NCBI RefSeq assembly: GCF_963921235.1
Contig: NC_086097.1
Location: forward strand, 112,098,001-112,162,000
Source: Mobula hypostoma
Lineage: Eukaryota
Reading direction: 5' to 3'
DNA length: 64,000 bases
In this document: positions 23,943 to 36,085 of the stretch, piece by piece
Numbering within the stretch: the stretch's first letter is position 1
Layout: every line of letters begins with the position of its first letter
Position numbers and translations under genes: made by a program
Notes under the pieces: model-generated
The model's database searches: none
Seen by the model: only the letters and a program-made list of their open reading frames with translations
What the model was told of the DNA's origin: nothing

Positions 23943-26900
23943 TAGGCAGCATCCCTGCACCCTCTCCAGGGCATTGACATCCTTCCTAAGATGCAGTGAT
24001 CAGAACTGTATGCATTACTCCAGATATGACCTAACAAGGGTTTTATAAAGCTGCCACGTAACTTCCTGACTTTTAAACTCAGTGCCTTGACTAATAAAGA
24101 CAAGCATGTCATATACCTTCTTAAGCACCTGGTCAATCTGTGTAGTCACTTTCAGGGAGCTATGAACTTGGACCCCAAGATCCCTCTGCTCCTCAATACA
24201 GTTAAGAGTTATTTCCTTAACAGTGTACTGTTTCTTTAAATTTGACCTACCAAGGTGCAACACTTCACATTTGTCTGGGTTAAACATTTGTGATTTCTCC
24301 ACCCATATAAGCAACTGATCCAGGTCCGCTGTATTCTTTGTCAGTCATCTACATTATCCACAAAACTCCAATCTTTGTATTGTCTGCTGGTTTACTAACC
24401 CACCCATCTACATTTTCATCCAGGTTATTTATATGCATAACAGACAGCAGAGGTCCCAGCATAGACCCCTGTGGAACATCACTAATCACAAACCTCCAGC
24501 TATAGTAAGTCCCCCTGATTACTACCCTCTGTCTTCTATGGGCAAGTCTATTCTGAAAAACCAAATGGCCAATTCACCGTGGATCCTATGCATCCTCATC
24601 TTTGGAATGAGCCTCCTATGAGGGACCTTGTTAAATGCCTTACTAAAATCTATGTAGACAACATCCACAGCTCTACCTTCATCAATCATCCTCGTCACCA
24701 CATCAAAAAATTCAATCAAGTTAATAAGACACGACTTGCCTCACATAGAGCCATGCAGACCCTCTCTAAATAGGCCAGGATTATCCTTGGGTCCTTTCTT
24801 GAATACTAGCTACTTGCCAGTCCTCCAGAACCTCACCTTATGGCTAGAGAGGAAACAAATTAGTCAAGGTCCCAGCAATCTCTTCACTTGTCTCTCTCAA
24901 AAACAGGGGTATGTCCCATCAGGACCTGGGGACTTAGTCACCTTAATGGTCTTTAAAAGAACCAACATTACCTCCTCCCTTTCTGTGAAATGCCCTAGCA
25001 TATTAATACTCTCGACACTGATCTCCCTATCCTCTACGTCCTTCTCCTTGGTAAATACCGATGTAGAGTATTCATTAAGGACCTCACCCACATCCTCTGC
25101 ATCCAGGCAAATATTCTCCTCTTTATCTTTGAGTTGTCCCACCCTCTCCCTCTCTTGCTCTGATGAATACATAGAATGTCTTGGGACTCTCTTTAGTCCT
25201 ATTTGCCAGTGGCTTTTCATTGCCCTTTTTGGCTTTCCTAATTCCCTTCTTGAGTTCTTTTGTGGCTTCTTTATGATCCTCAAGGGCTTTGTTTGATTCT
25301 ATCTTCATAAGAGTTACATACTTTTCCTATTTCTTCTTGACTAAGTTAATCACCTCTCTTGACATCCAAGGTTCTCTAACCCTTGCCACCCTTGTCCTTC
25401 CTTCTGACTGGAACGTACCTGTCTTGTACTCTGTGTAATTGGTCTTTAAACACTCTCCATGTGTCAGATGTGGACTTGGCCAAAAACAGCTATTCTCAAT
25501 TAACTCTCCTTAGTTCCTGCCTAATACTCTTGGAATTTGCCCTGCTCCAATTTAATACCCTCCTGCAAAGTCCATACTTAACCTTACCTATTGTTTGTTT
25601 GTTTTGTGCTGCATTGTATGCATGGCCATGATTGTTCTTGGCAATTTTTTCTACAGAAGTGGTTTAATATTGCTATTGCTTCTGGGCAGTGTCTTTACAA
25701 GACAGGTGACCCCAGCTATTAACTATACTCTTCAGAGGTTATCTTATCTATAGCTAGCTTAAAACTTAAGGAGCTGTGGTCGTTGTTCCTACACTGCTCA
25801 ACCACTGAAAGGTCAGTCACCTGGCCAGGCTCATTACCCAACACCCCTTTGCCTGTACAGCCCCTCCTCATGCTGGTCTATCTGCAAATTGATTTGAGAA
25901 ACCCTCCTAGATGCACTGAACAAATGCTGCCCAATCTAAACCACTTACACTCAGAAGGTCTCTGTTTATATTCGGGAAGTTGAAGTCCCCCATGATAACC
26001 CTATTATTTTTACTGTTTCCCCAATCTGCTTGCATATCTGTTCCACAATGTTCCAGTGGCTATTGGGTGGTCTGTAGTACAATCCCATCAGAATGATACT
26101 ACCTTTCCTGTTTTTAATTTTTCCCATCTAGGCTCTGTGGATGAGCCTTCCATTATTTCATTCTGAGAGCAGCTGTAATACTCTCTCTGATTGGTAGTGC
26201 AACTCCTCCCCCTCTTATACCTCCCTCTCTATCTTTCCTAAAACACCAAAACATTAAGCACTCATTCATATCACTCTCTCAATGAAGTCTCTGTACTGGC
26301 CACAACATAATAGTTCCATGTACTGATCCATGCTCGTAAGTTCATTAATGGCTGAGAATATTCTGCTTTCACTGAGACATCCTGGAACCTAGCACCTACG
26401 AGGCAACATGCCATCCTGGCATCTCTTTTTGGCCTTGGAATCTCCTGCATGAACCCTAACTATCGAATCTCCTATCACTACCTCTCTGCCTGATTTTACC
26501 CTTCTCTTCTGAGTCTCGGAGCCAGCGTCAGTGCCACTAGCCTGACTGCTGTTGCTGTGCCCTGATAGGTAATTTCCCCCCACGCTCCCAGCAGTATCCA
26601 AAGGATATTCTTGATGCTGAGGGAAATGGCCATAGGTGAACCCTGCACTGACTTTTCCTGGTAATCCCCATCTATTATTTGAAGCCTGCAGTCTGGCCAT
26701 GACCACCTCAGTTCAAGTTTCATCCATGAGGCTTTCAACCTCCTGAATAGATGTCCAGCTGGAGCTCCAGTTTCTTGACCTTGTCAATCAGGAGCTGAAA
26801 TTGGGTGCACTTCCTGCAGATGTCGTAATCAGGGAGGCTGTCAGATCCTCTGATATATCACATCTTACCGGAGGAGCATTCCACTGCCTTAACCATCCTG
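23943..26900 (-). mobile_element. Long decayed CR1 including ORF1 remnants
   Basis: RT pieces (MIEFFDVVTRMIDEGRAVDVVYIDFSKAFNKVPH; VPQGSMLGP; KPADNTKIG). ORF1 esterase block VVIGDSIVR (ORF 26389..26706). Small retroposon insert at about 25590-25745. Confidence 0.88.
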
Positions 26901-28389
26901 CGTACACTGAACTAAGGACTAAAGATTTACAGATAATAAGGGAAAAGGATGGAAGGAAGGACCTGGCAGTCCCTTGATGGTGGTGGAAATTGTGAAGGAT
27001 GATCTATTTTATTCCTTTTTATTCACTATTTATTGATTTTGTAATTAATAGTAATTTTATGCCTTTGCATTGTCTTGCTACCACAAAACATCAAATTTCA
27101 CATCATATAAAACAATGAAAATAAACCTGATTCTGATCAGGCAACAACTGTAGAAAGAGAAAGAAGGTTAAGGTTTCACTTTGGATCTCTTTGTCAGAGT
27201 TCAGTAAGTGATACAACAAGATACAGATAAAGATGAACCAGACTAAAGGTATCTTTATAATAGAGGTTGTTATGGTGATTCTGTAAATTACAAAACCATT
27301 TTGCTGATAGGATAATTAGGGAGATTTGTAGAGACAAAACCACTAAAAGCAATTACTAAAGCTGTGAAATGCAGTTCAAAGCTGTTGAAAAGAAATGAAA
27401 CTAAAAGGAGAATACTGAAAACATCCAGCAGTCCAGTTAGTGTCTGTGGAGACAGAAGAACTGAGGTAATATTATAGATTTGTGAGATTATAATAAATAT
27501 TATATTTAATATTTGTAATCCAGGGAGTGTGAAGCGCAGAATCAAATATCGCTGATGATTGTATGTTCTAGTACCAATTGTTTGGTGGCAATAAACTATG
27601 AAGTATGAAATATAACAGAAATAAAATTGTCGAATCCTCATTGAATCCCAAAGACTGCTGAATACCAAGATGTAAATTCAGGTACGGATTGTCAAGCTTT
27701 GGAGGTTCATTTGGAGCATGGGTTTATGGACTTTTCAGATATCGGATGGTGGAGTAGAAGAAGCTGTTTCTGAATTGTTGAGTGTGGGTCTTCAGACTCC
27801 AGCACCTCCTCCTTGACTGTAGTAACAAGAGGAGGGCATGTCCCAGATGGTTGGGTCCTTAATGATTGATATCTCCTTCCTGAGAGACCTTGATGCTGGG
27901 AGAGTCATGCCCGTGATGGAGCCGGCAGAGTCTGTAACCCTGTACAGCCTCTTGCGATCCTGTGCATTGGAGCTTCCATATCAAACAGTGGTGCAACCTG
28001 TTAGAGTGCTCCCCATTGATAGAAATTTGTGCCAGTCTTTGGTGTCACAGGGAATTAAAGCAGCAGGCAACTAGAAGCTGAGGGACACCCAGCAGATGGA
28101 ATAAAAGTCCTTGACAAAGTGTTCAGCCACTCTGCAAAAGTGTAAGGCCAACATGTTCTTGTAAAGGTAATGGTCCGAGGAAACAAAAATAAAAACCCTT
28201 GGCTATCAAGGGAGGCTGAAAGTAGGATAAAAAGCAGAAATGATACATATGTCATGGATAATGGCAGGGAAAATCCAGTCAGGAGTATAAAAGTTATAGG
28301 GTGGTGGTTAATAAGGAAATTAGGAAGGAAAAAGGGGTCACGAGAAATTACTCTCTGAAGTCTACCTGCAAGTGTATAAATATTAGAAA

Positions 28390-28700
28390 GGCAGCACAAT
28401 AGCAGAGGGGTTAGCATAATGCTATTAAGATTGGGGTTCAATTCACACTGCTTTCTCTAAGGAGTTTGCTTGTTCTTGCCATCACCAGATGGGTTTCCCC
28501 CAGGTGCTCTGCTTCCCTCCCACATTTCAAAGGCATGCATATGGGGTTAGGGTTAAGATTAGTGAGGTGCTATGTTGGCGCCAGGAGCTTGGCAATATTT
28601 ACACAGTCTCCATTGATTTGATTTGATACAAAAGATACATTTCACTGTACGTTTCATAGTACAGCACATGTGATAGCTAAAGTTAATCTTAGTCTTAATC
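28390..28700 (+). mobile_element. tRNA-derived V-SINE-like element within a CR1 remnant
   Basis: Same head, core and tail as 15005-15330 (ggttagc..ggggttcaattc..taaggagtttg..gggtttccccca ggtgctctgcttccctcccacatttcaaag). Confidence 0.65.
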
Positions 28701-28972
28701 AAGGGAAAAAAGTTGGGCCTATTTGGGGCAATAGGAGTAATCTGAGCATGGAGCTAGAGGTATAGGTGAAGTCCTTGATGAATACTATTCATTGTGTTAT
28801 GATTGTGGATTATGACCAAATTAAAAATGGCTGGAGTTGCTTAGCAGCTTCATGCAAGGGTGTTTATTCGATGTGAAAAGCCCAACTTACGAAAATTAGG
28901 GAAAATAGTGAAAAGAAAACTTATTTACAAAAAGATATCTATCAGAAAACACAATTATAGCCACATATTATA

Positions 28973-29730
28973 GAAACATAGAAAATAGGTGCAGGAGTAG
29001 GCCATTTGGCCCATCGAGCCTGCACTGCCATTTAGTATGATCATGGCTGATCATCCAACTCAGAATCCTGTACCAGCCTTCCCTCCATACCCCCGATCCC
29101 TTTAGCCACAAGGGCCATATCTAACTTCCTCTTAAATATAGCCAATGAACTGGCCTCAACTGTTTCCTGTGGCAGAGAATTCCACAGATTCACCACTCTC
29201 TGTGTGAAGAAGTTTTTCCTAATCTCGGTCCTAAAAGGCTTCCCCTTTATCCTCAGACTGCGACCCCTCGTTCTGGATTTCCCCAATATCGGGAACAGTC
29301 TTCCTGCATCTAGCCTGTCCAATCCCTTTAGGACTTTATACATTTCAATAAGATCCCCCCTCAATCTTCTAAATTCCAATGAGTATAAGCCTAGTTGATC
29401 CAGTGTTTCATCATATGAAAGTCCTGCCATCCCAGGAATCAATCTGGTGAACCTTCTTTGTACTCCCTCTATGGCAAGAATGTCTTTCCTCAGACTAAGG
29501 GACCAAAACTGCACACAATACTCCAGGTGTGGTCTCACCAAGGCCTTGTACAACTGCAGTAGTACCTCCCTGCTCCTGTACTCGAATCCTCTCGCTATGA
29601 ATGCCAGCATACCATTCGCCTTTTTCACTGCCTGCTGTACCTGCATGCCCACTTTCAATGACTGGTGTATAATGACACCCAGGTCTCCTTGCACCTCCCC
29701 TTTTCCTAATCGGCCACCATTCAGATAATA
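28973..29730 (-). mobile_element. Young 5'-truncated CR1 insertion with 8-bp TSD
   Basis: ORF 29041..29694 is nearly identical to the C-terminus of ORF2 43368..46400. TSD atattata at 28965-28972 and 29731-29738. Confidence 0.95.
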
Positions 29731-30289
29731 ATATTATACCCAGTGTGAACTCCTAGCAGCTCGATCTCTCTCTCCCTGCTACTGAGCACAATCTGACCTG
29801 TTTTTTAGGTACCCAGACATACCATCTTTAATTACCCACAAAGTTAACTTGAGACTACTCATGAATTAGAATCTGATGTACTCCATAATGTAGTTGTATC
29901 ATAAAATAAACAGAAGTATCTCCCTTAAATACAGTACACAAGCAATATATATATATACACACATCATTTATACATCCCCATTACTAACGAAATGGAATAT
30001 TCCACTGTGTATGGTGGGAAATGCACCATAAGGCCAAACCCTTTACGTCCCATTATTAGAATGTACCAGGGGAAGACATCAAAGTGCGCACACTCAGCAC
30101 AACGACAGCAGAATGCCAAGGCAATATTTTGTGTGTCTGTGTATGTAAATACACATGTGTACAATGCATTTACTGAGCACTCTCTCTCACATATTGGCAT
30201 TTGCAAACAAAACAGAATTAGCAGTTGGAGAATTCAGTTAAGGAGTGGATAGAAGTCTAGTGCAACTCCCATAATTAAATTAGAGGTGT

Positions 30290-30830
30290 GTGATGCCTTA
30301 TCCTGCTTAAAGGTGAGAGAAGTAAGGTAGCAGATTACTGGAGGAGAGCAGTCTGACTGAAGGCAGCAGGGAAAAGCCAGGTATGATGGACCTGTAAGCT
30401 CAGCATCAGTGGTGGGGAAGCTACTGGAAAGATTTCTGAGGGAGAAGATTAATAATCAGTCGGTAAGACAGGACTAATCAGAGATACCCAACATGGCTTT
30501 GTCAAGGACAGATCTGTCTGAGCAACTTAACAGATTTCTGAAAAGAGTTATCAAAGTGAATTGATTAGAGCAAGCCAGTAGATGTAATTTCTTGGAATTA
30601 GCCCAATTACGTGGACTTTTGTAAATCCTTTACCGTTGTCAAAATGTTATTGTCCTTGAGATACAGGACACATTGGAAACTAGATCCAAAATTCCAAAGC
30701 AGGAAACAGAGGGTGATGGTAGAGGGTTGTTTTGTGATTGGATACCTATGATTAGTGACGCCCCATAAGGAGAAGTGTTGGGACTCCTGTTGTTTGTAAT
30801 ACAAATGAATGACTTGGGCGTGCAAATGCA
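30290..30830 (+). mobile_element. Decayed CR1 RT fragment
   Basis: 'cagtggtggggaagctactggaaag', 'caacatggctttgtcaagg' and 'gtgttgggactcctgttgtttgtaat' are colinear with CR1 RT. Confidence 0.7.
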
Positions 30831-31572
30831 TGCAATGTGATAGATATTCACTCCTTGGTATTTTGCTAACCTTGCTTTCTAAACAACAGCAGCTGCCAAT
30901 TGTAAGATCAAAAACAGATGTGAGTAAACTTTAAACTATATTGCTTTGTGTAGCTTCTGGTCATAAATGGAAGTCAGTCTTTAGTTCTTGAAATGTAAAT
31001 AGAAAGCAGTGATCAGCTTGAAGTTTAAAAAAAAACAGCCTTTATAGATAGCAGACGCTCTGTGAGAAAAAAATGCTAGCTCACTACATCTGATTTATTA
31101 TTAATCGAGATGCAATATAAAACAATAGATTGTTTGATTTGAGTTGTTTTAAAGAGACAAACTGACTCTTAAGTTGTTTAGTTCCAGGAAGCATGCTGAA
31201 CAGATTGATAATATCTTTTAGCATATCAATAACTAATATTTTTATACTTAGGAGGTTTATGCACTCAAGGAATTTAGCTTCACAGCATTTACGGCCTTAG
31301 TTGAGTTCTGTACCTCCAAAAATCCTTTGAGACTGTGTTAAAAGGATATCTGAGGAAATATATGCTTGTGAAGTCACCCAATTGGGAGGAAAAGGGAATA
31401 AATGTAGAGGGATATTCAGGCTTGTTAGTATAGGGTAAAGAACATCCAGAAGCTATGAAAAAAACAAGGGGAGAACAAGAATCCAGACCTCCAGCTTCAA
31501 TTTCTGCAACTCTTTGGTATGTCTTTTTAGTTTATTGGAATTGTACCTGTGGTTTGGAAATTTGTAATCCTT

Positions 31573-31751
31573 AATCCTCTGTGTCTGAGCAATCCTTTAT
31601 GCTTAAGAAATGCTTTATGTTTAAGGAATGCATTATCCTAAATCCTTTGAATTTTAGAAATGCTTTGTGCTTTGGAGATAAGTTGTGATTTAGAAATGGC
31701 TTGCAGTTTGGAAATATTTTATAAGATAGAAATCCTCTGTGAGAATTTGGA
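31573..31751. repeat. Degenerate 18-bp-period minisatellite (about 10 units)
   Basis: Units start at 31573, 31591, 31609, 31627 (14 bp), 31641, 31659, 31677, 31695, 31713 and 31731. Consensus about AAT(C/G)CTTT(A/G)TG.TTT(A/G)GA. Confidence 0.8.
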
Positions 31752-32391
31752 AGCATTTAAGATAAAAATCTGCTGTGAGTTTTAATTGTGTTTTGTATGG
31801 ATTTAAAAGTGTATCACTGAAAATAAATGACCTGTGTTTTAAACCAATTTGTTAACTGGAACTATCTTCTCCTTGGTAAGGAGAAGCGACCCACTGTTCA
31901 AATAGTGGACATTGGCTAAACTTGCCACTGAGAATAAAGAGGAGAATAATCTTTGAAGATTAGATAGTTACAGTATAATCTCCCCCTAATGAGAGTACTT
32001 GTGGATATTTATATCCAATAAGGCTTCAGATCTTCATCTGAGTTTAGAACTTTGTGGTCAGCAGATCCAATACCATCACAGTAGATGTAGAAGCAAAGAT
32101 TGACAGAGATATTTATGGTGTAGGAGATAGTGCGGCCGCAGGGTGAAGTTGATATTTTGGTGAAATGGGCTGTAAAATGTTTGATGGAATTAAATCTAGA
32201 TAAATCTGATGTAATACATTTTGGGAGCACTGATGAGGTAAGGATATGCACCATGTATGCTATGGGTTTGAGGAGTATTGAGGAACAGAGACCTTGGAGT
32301 ACAAATCCATAGATTCTTGAAGGTGATAACGTAGGCAGGCAAAATGGATAGGAAAACATACAGGATACTAATGGTCATTAGTCAAAGCAGG

Positions 32392-33590
32392 ACACCACTA
32401 AGGAACACAAGGCCACCGTCTCCCACACCATCATCAACCTATTGACTCTGGAAATCTCCCATGCACCACCATCACCCTCATAGTCCCCACACCCCACACC
32501 TCCCATTTCTACCTCCTACCCAAGATCCACAAACCTACTTGTTCAGATAGACCCATTGTTTCAGCTTGTTCCTGCCCCACTGAACTCATATCAGTAAACC
32601 TTAACTCTGTTTTATCCCCCCAGTTCATTCCCTTGCTATCTACATCCGTGACACTTCACACGCTTTGGATCTTTTCAATGATTTCAGGTTCCCTGGCAAC
32701 CATCATCTTATTTTTACCATGGATGTCCATTCCCGATATACCTCCATCTCCCACCAGGAAGGCCTCAAAGCACTCTGTTTCTTGCTGGACACCAGAGCCA
32801 AACAGTTCCCGTCCACCACCTCTCTCGTCTCCCCAGAAGATCTTGTCCTCACTCTAAATAATTTCTCCTCCCACTTCCTTCAAACAAAAGGGGTAGCCTT
32901 GGGCACTAAACAGTCCTTCCAGGTGAGGCGACACTTTACCTGTGAGTCTGCTGGGGTTATATACTGTGTCCGGTGCTGCCAGTGTGGCTTTTTGTATATC
33001 TGTGAGAGCCAACATAGATTGGGAGACTGCTTTGCCAAGCACTTATGCTCTGCTGACCAGAAAAAGCAGGATCTCCCAGTGGCTACCCATTTTAATTCCA
33101 CTTTCCATTCCCTTTCTGATGTGTCTCCACTGTCTTGATGAGGCCACACTTAGGTTGGCGGAACAACACCTTATCTTCTGTTTGGGTAACCTCCAACCTG
33201 ATGGCATGAACATCGATTTCTCGAACTTTTGGTAATACCCCCACCCACTTCTCCTTCACTGCTTCCCATCCCCTTTTCCCTCTCTCACCTTTGGTTCTCC
33301 TTCCTCCTTCTTCTTTCTTCCATGGCCTTCTGTCTCTTTCACCAATCAACCTCCCAGCTCTTTACTTCACCGCTCTCCCTTCAGGTTTCACCTATCGCCT
33401 TGTGTTTCTCTCTACCCTCTCCCCAACTTTTAAATCTACTCCTCAACTTTTTTTTCTGCAAAAGGTTTTGGCCGAAAACATCAACTGTACACTTTTCCTT
33501 AGATGCTGCCTGGCCTACAGAGTTCCTCCAGCATTTTGTATGTGTTGCATGGATTTCTAGCATCTGCAGATTTTCTCTTGTTTGCGACAG
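32392..33590 (+). mobile_element. Penelope-like element with internal deletion
   Basis: FYLLPKIHKP-type sequence at about 32506, LIFTMDVHSRYTSI and FLQTKGVALGT (PLE RT), then FTCESAGVIYCVRC..CGFLYICES..RLGD (GIY-YIG) in ORF 32665..33138. Pyrimidine-rich 3' region. Confidence 0.92.
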
Positions 33591-33779
33591 ATATTGTTTC
33601 TCAGTTGTGGTGTGAACATTCCTTGTTACTTATCAACCCATCACTGTAGATTGCCTGGTTCTTGTTGCATTAGGGAAAGCCCATTTCATTGTTTGAGGAA
33701 TTGCAAATGGAACTGGAAATTATTCTAACATCAGTAAACATCCTCATTTCTCACCTGATATCAGTAGGGTAATTTATGA

Positions 33780-34750
33780 ACACAAAATTCTCTGCAGATG
33801 CTGGGGTCAAAGCAACATGCACAACACACTGGGAGAACTCAGCAGGTCGGGCAGCATCCATGAAACAAACAGTCAACGTTTCGGGTCGACACCCTTCGTC
33901 AGGACTGAAGAGGGAGGGGGCAGGGGCCAAAAGGGGCTAAGGAAGGTGGGGGAGGATGGGAAGGAGAAGGCTGGTAGGTGCCAGGTGAAAAACCAGTAAG
34001 GGGAAAGATCAAGGGGTAGGGGAGGGGAAGCAGGGAGAGGATAGGCAGGAAAGGTGAAGAAGGAATAGGGGAAAGCACAATGGGTAGTAGAAGGAGGCAG
34101 AACCATAAGGGAAGTGATAGGCAGCTGGAGGAGGGGGCAGAGTGAAACTGGGATGAGGGAAGGGAGGGGGAGGGAATTACCGGAAGTTGGAGAATTCAAT
34201 GTTCATGCCAAGGGGCTGGAGACTAATCAGACGGTATATGAGGTGCTGCTCCTCCAACCTGAGTTTGACCTCATCATGGCAGTAGAGGAGGCCATATATG
34301 GACATATTCGAATGGGAATGTGCAGTAGAGTTGAAGTGGGTGGCAACCGGGAGATCCTGTCTATTGTGGCGGACGAAGCGGTCCCCCAATCTGCGTCAGG
34401 TCTCACTGATGTAGAGGAGGCCGCACCGGGAGCACCAGATGCAACAGATGACCCCAATAGACTCACAAGTGAAGTGTTGCCTCACCTGGAAGGACTGTTT
34501 GGGGCCCTGAATGGTGGTGAGAGAGGAGGTGTAGGGACAGGTGTAGCACTTACGCTTACAGGGATAAGTGCCGGGTGGGAGATCCATGGGGAGGGACATG
34601 TGGACCAGGGAGTCGTGGAGGGAACAATCCCTGTAGAAAGCGGAGAGGGGTGGAGAGGGAAAGATGTGCTTAGTGGTGGGGTTTTGTTGAAGTTGGCGGA
34701 AGTTGCGGAGGATAATATGCTGGATCTGGAGGCTGGTGGGGTGGTAGCTG
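33780..34750 (-). mobile_element. 5'-truncated Penelope-like element with 9-bp TSD
   Basis: ORFs 34396..34599 (PCKRKCYTC..FTCESIGVICCIWCSRCGLLYISET) and 34177..34389 (LPVATHFNS..LEEQHLIYRL..LQPLGMNIEF). aatttatga at 33771-33779 and 34751-34759. Confidence 0.92.
33870..33907 (-). ncRNA. Minimal type I hammerhead ribozyme motif
   Basis: Minus strand reads CAGUC-CUGACGA-A-GGGU(GUCG)ACCC-GAAAC-GUU-GACUG: stem I CAGUC/GACUG, core CUGANGA and GAAA, 4-bp stem II, palindromic AACGUU stem III. Confidence 0.8.
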
Positions 34751-35454
34751 AATTTATGACATATCTAATTGAAATCAGGACACAACATTCGGAACTCCTG
34801 CTGTAATATATGAAACAGTGCTTGTTCATGAAAAGACTGCAGGTTTAGTTTAAGACATTTAGCTCTAGACCTAATTAAGTCTGTCCTTCAAAGACAATAG
34901 TACCTTCTCCATGGAGACTTCCATCAGCCATACCAAAATCATTTTTTGAGGTCTACATAGGCTGAGTTGCATATCCAAATGCATACACTAAAACTATTTG
35001 ATCTTTATATGCATTTTGAATTGTTTTGTTATATAAATGTTGCCTGGAATGAAGATTTGGTTTTGCCTTGGAGTCATCAATTATGCTTAGCAAATGCTAA
35101 GGTGATCAGTGGTCACAGTGTGGACTGACAGACTGACCCAGGTGCGGAGGAATGATAGGCTCCTGTGTTGAAACAGAAGCAAAAGTTTATTCATAGGAAT
35201 TCCAGCTGAATGTCAGAGGCTTGACCGAACAACACCATGAGATGACTCATTCTCGAAACACACAAGTACCTAATGACACAAGGATCAGCTTTATTTGGGA
35301 GCCCACTTTAAATAATCACAGTGTGATGAAACCGCATGTTAGTCAAAATAAAACTTGACAAGATCAAACAGGAAGCACAAGATCTTAATGACTCAAGATA
35401 AGAGAACAATTAACAAACAGCTGCACAGGCCCGCAGGGCTCATGGCATCGGCAT

Positions 35455-36085
35455 TGTTTCATAGGGTCATTCAGCATGAAAATGGGCTCTTTGGCCCAAC
35501 TGGTCTATGCTGACCACAGCATCCTTCTTTCTATTCTCAGTGGTGCAGATTCGGCCCATTATTCTCCAGGCCTCTCCCCTCCATGTACTGTGTGCAAATT
35601 GCTCTTAAATGTTGAAAATATAGCCACTTGCTCGAGCAACTATTTTCAGGTAATCAGTACCCACAGTGTAAAGAAGTACACTTAAAAGAGAAGTTACCTC
35701 TCAGGTCTCTTTTGAATCTCTCCCCTCTTATCTTGTGTCTATACCCTCATATTTTGGACTCTCCAACCCAGGGGGAAAGATGATGACTACCCACCTTATC
35801 TAAACCTCTCATAATTTTATACACATCTATGAGGTCACCCTTCATTCTCCAGCAATCCAAGGAAAAAAGATCCAGTACAGCCAGTCTCTCCCTATAACTC
35901 AGGCCCTCTAGTCCAGGAAGTATCCTCATAAAACTCGTTCACACCCTCTCCAGCTTGATGATATCTTTCCAATAACAGGGTGATAAGAAGTAAACACAAT
36001 GCTCCAGATATAGCCTTTTCTACCACTTGTATCACTGCAATACAATGCCAAAACTCCTAAACTCGATGCCCTGATTAATGAAATC
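35455..36085 (-). mobile_element. Decayed CR1 3' fragment
   Basis: ORF 35747..35929 MRILPGLEGLSYRERLAVLDLFSLDCWRMKGDLIDVYKIMRGLD. Confidence 0.85.

Noticed and set aside
34114..34806. 230-aa plus-strand ORF
   Set aside because: Antisense to the Penelope GIY-YIG region.
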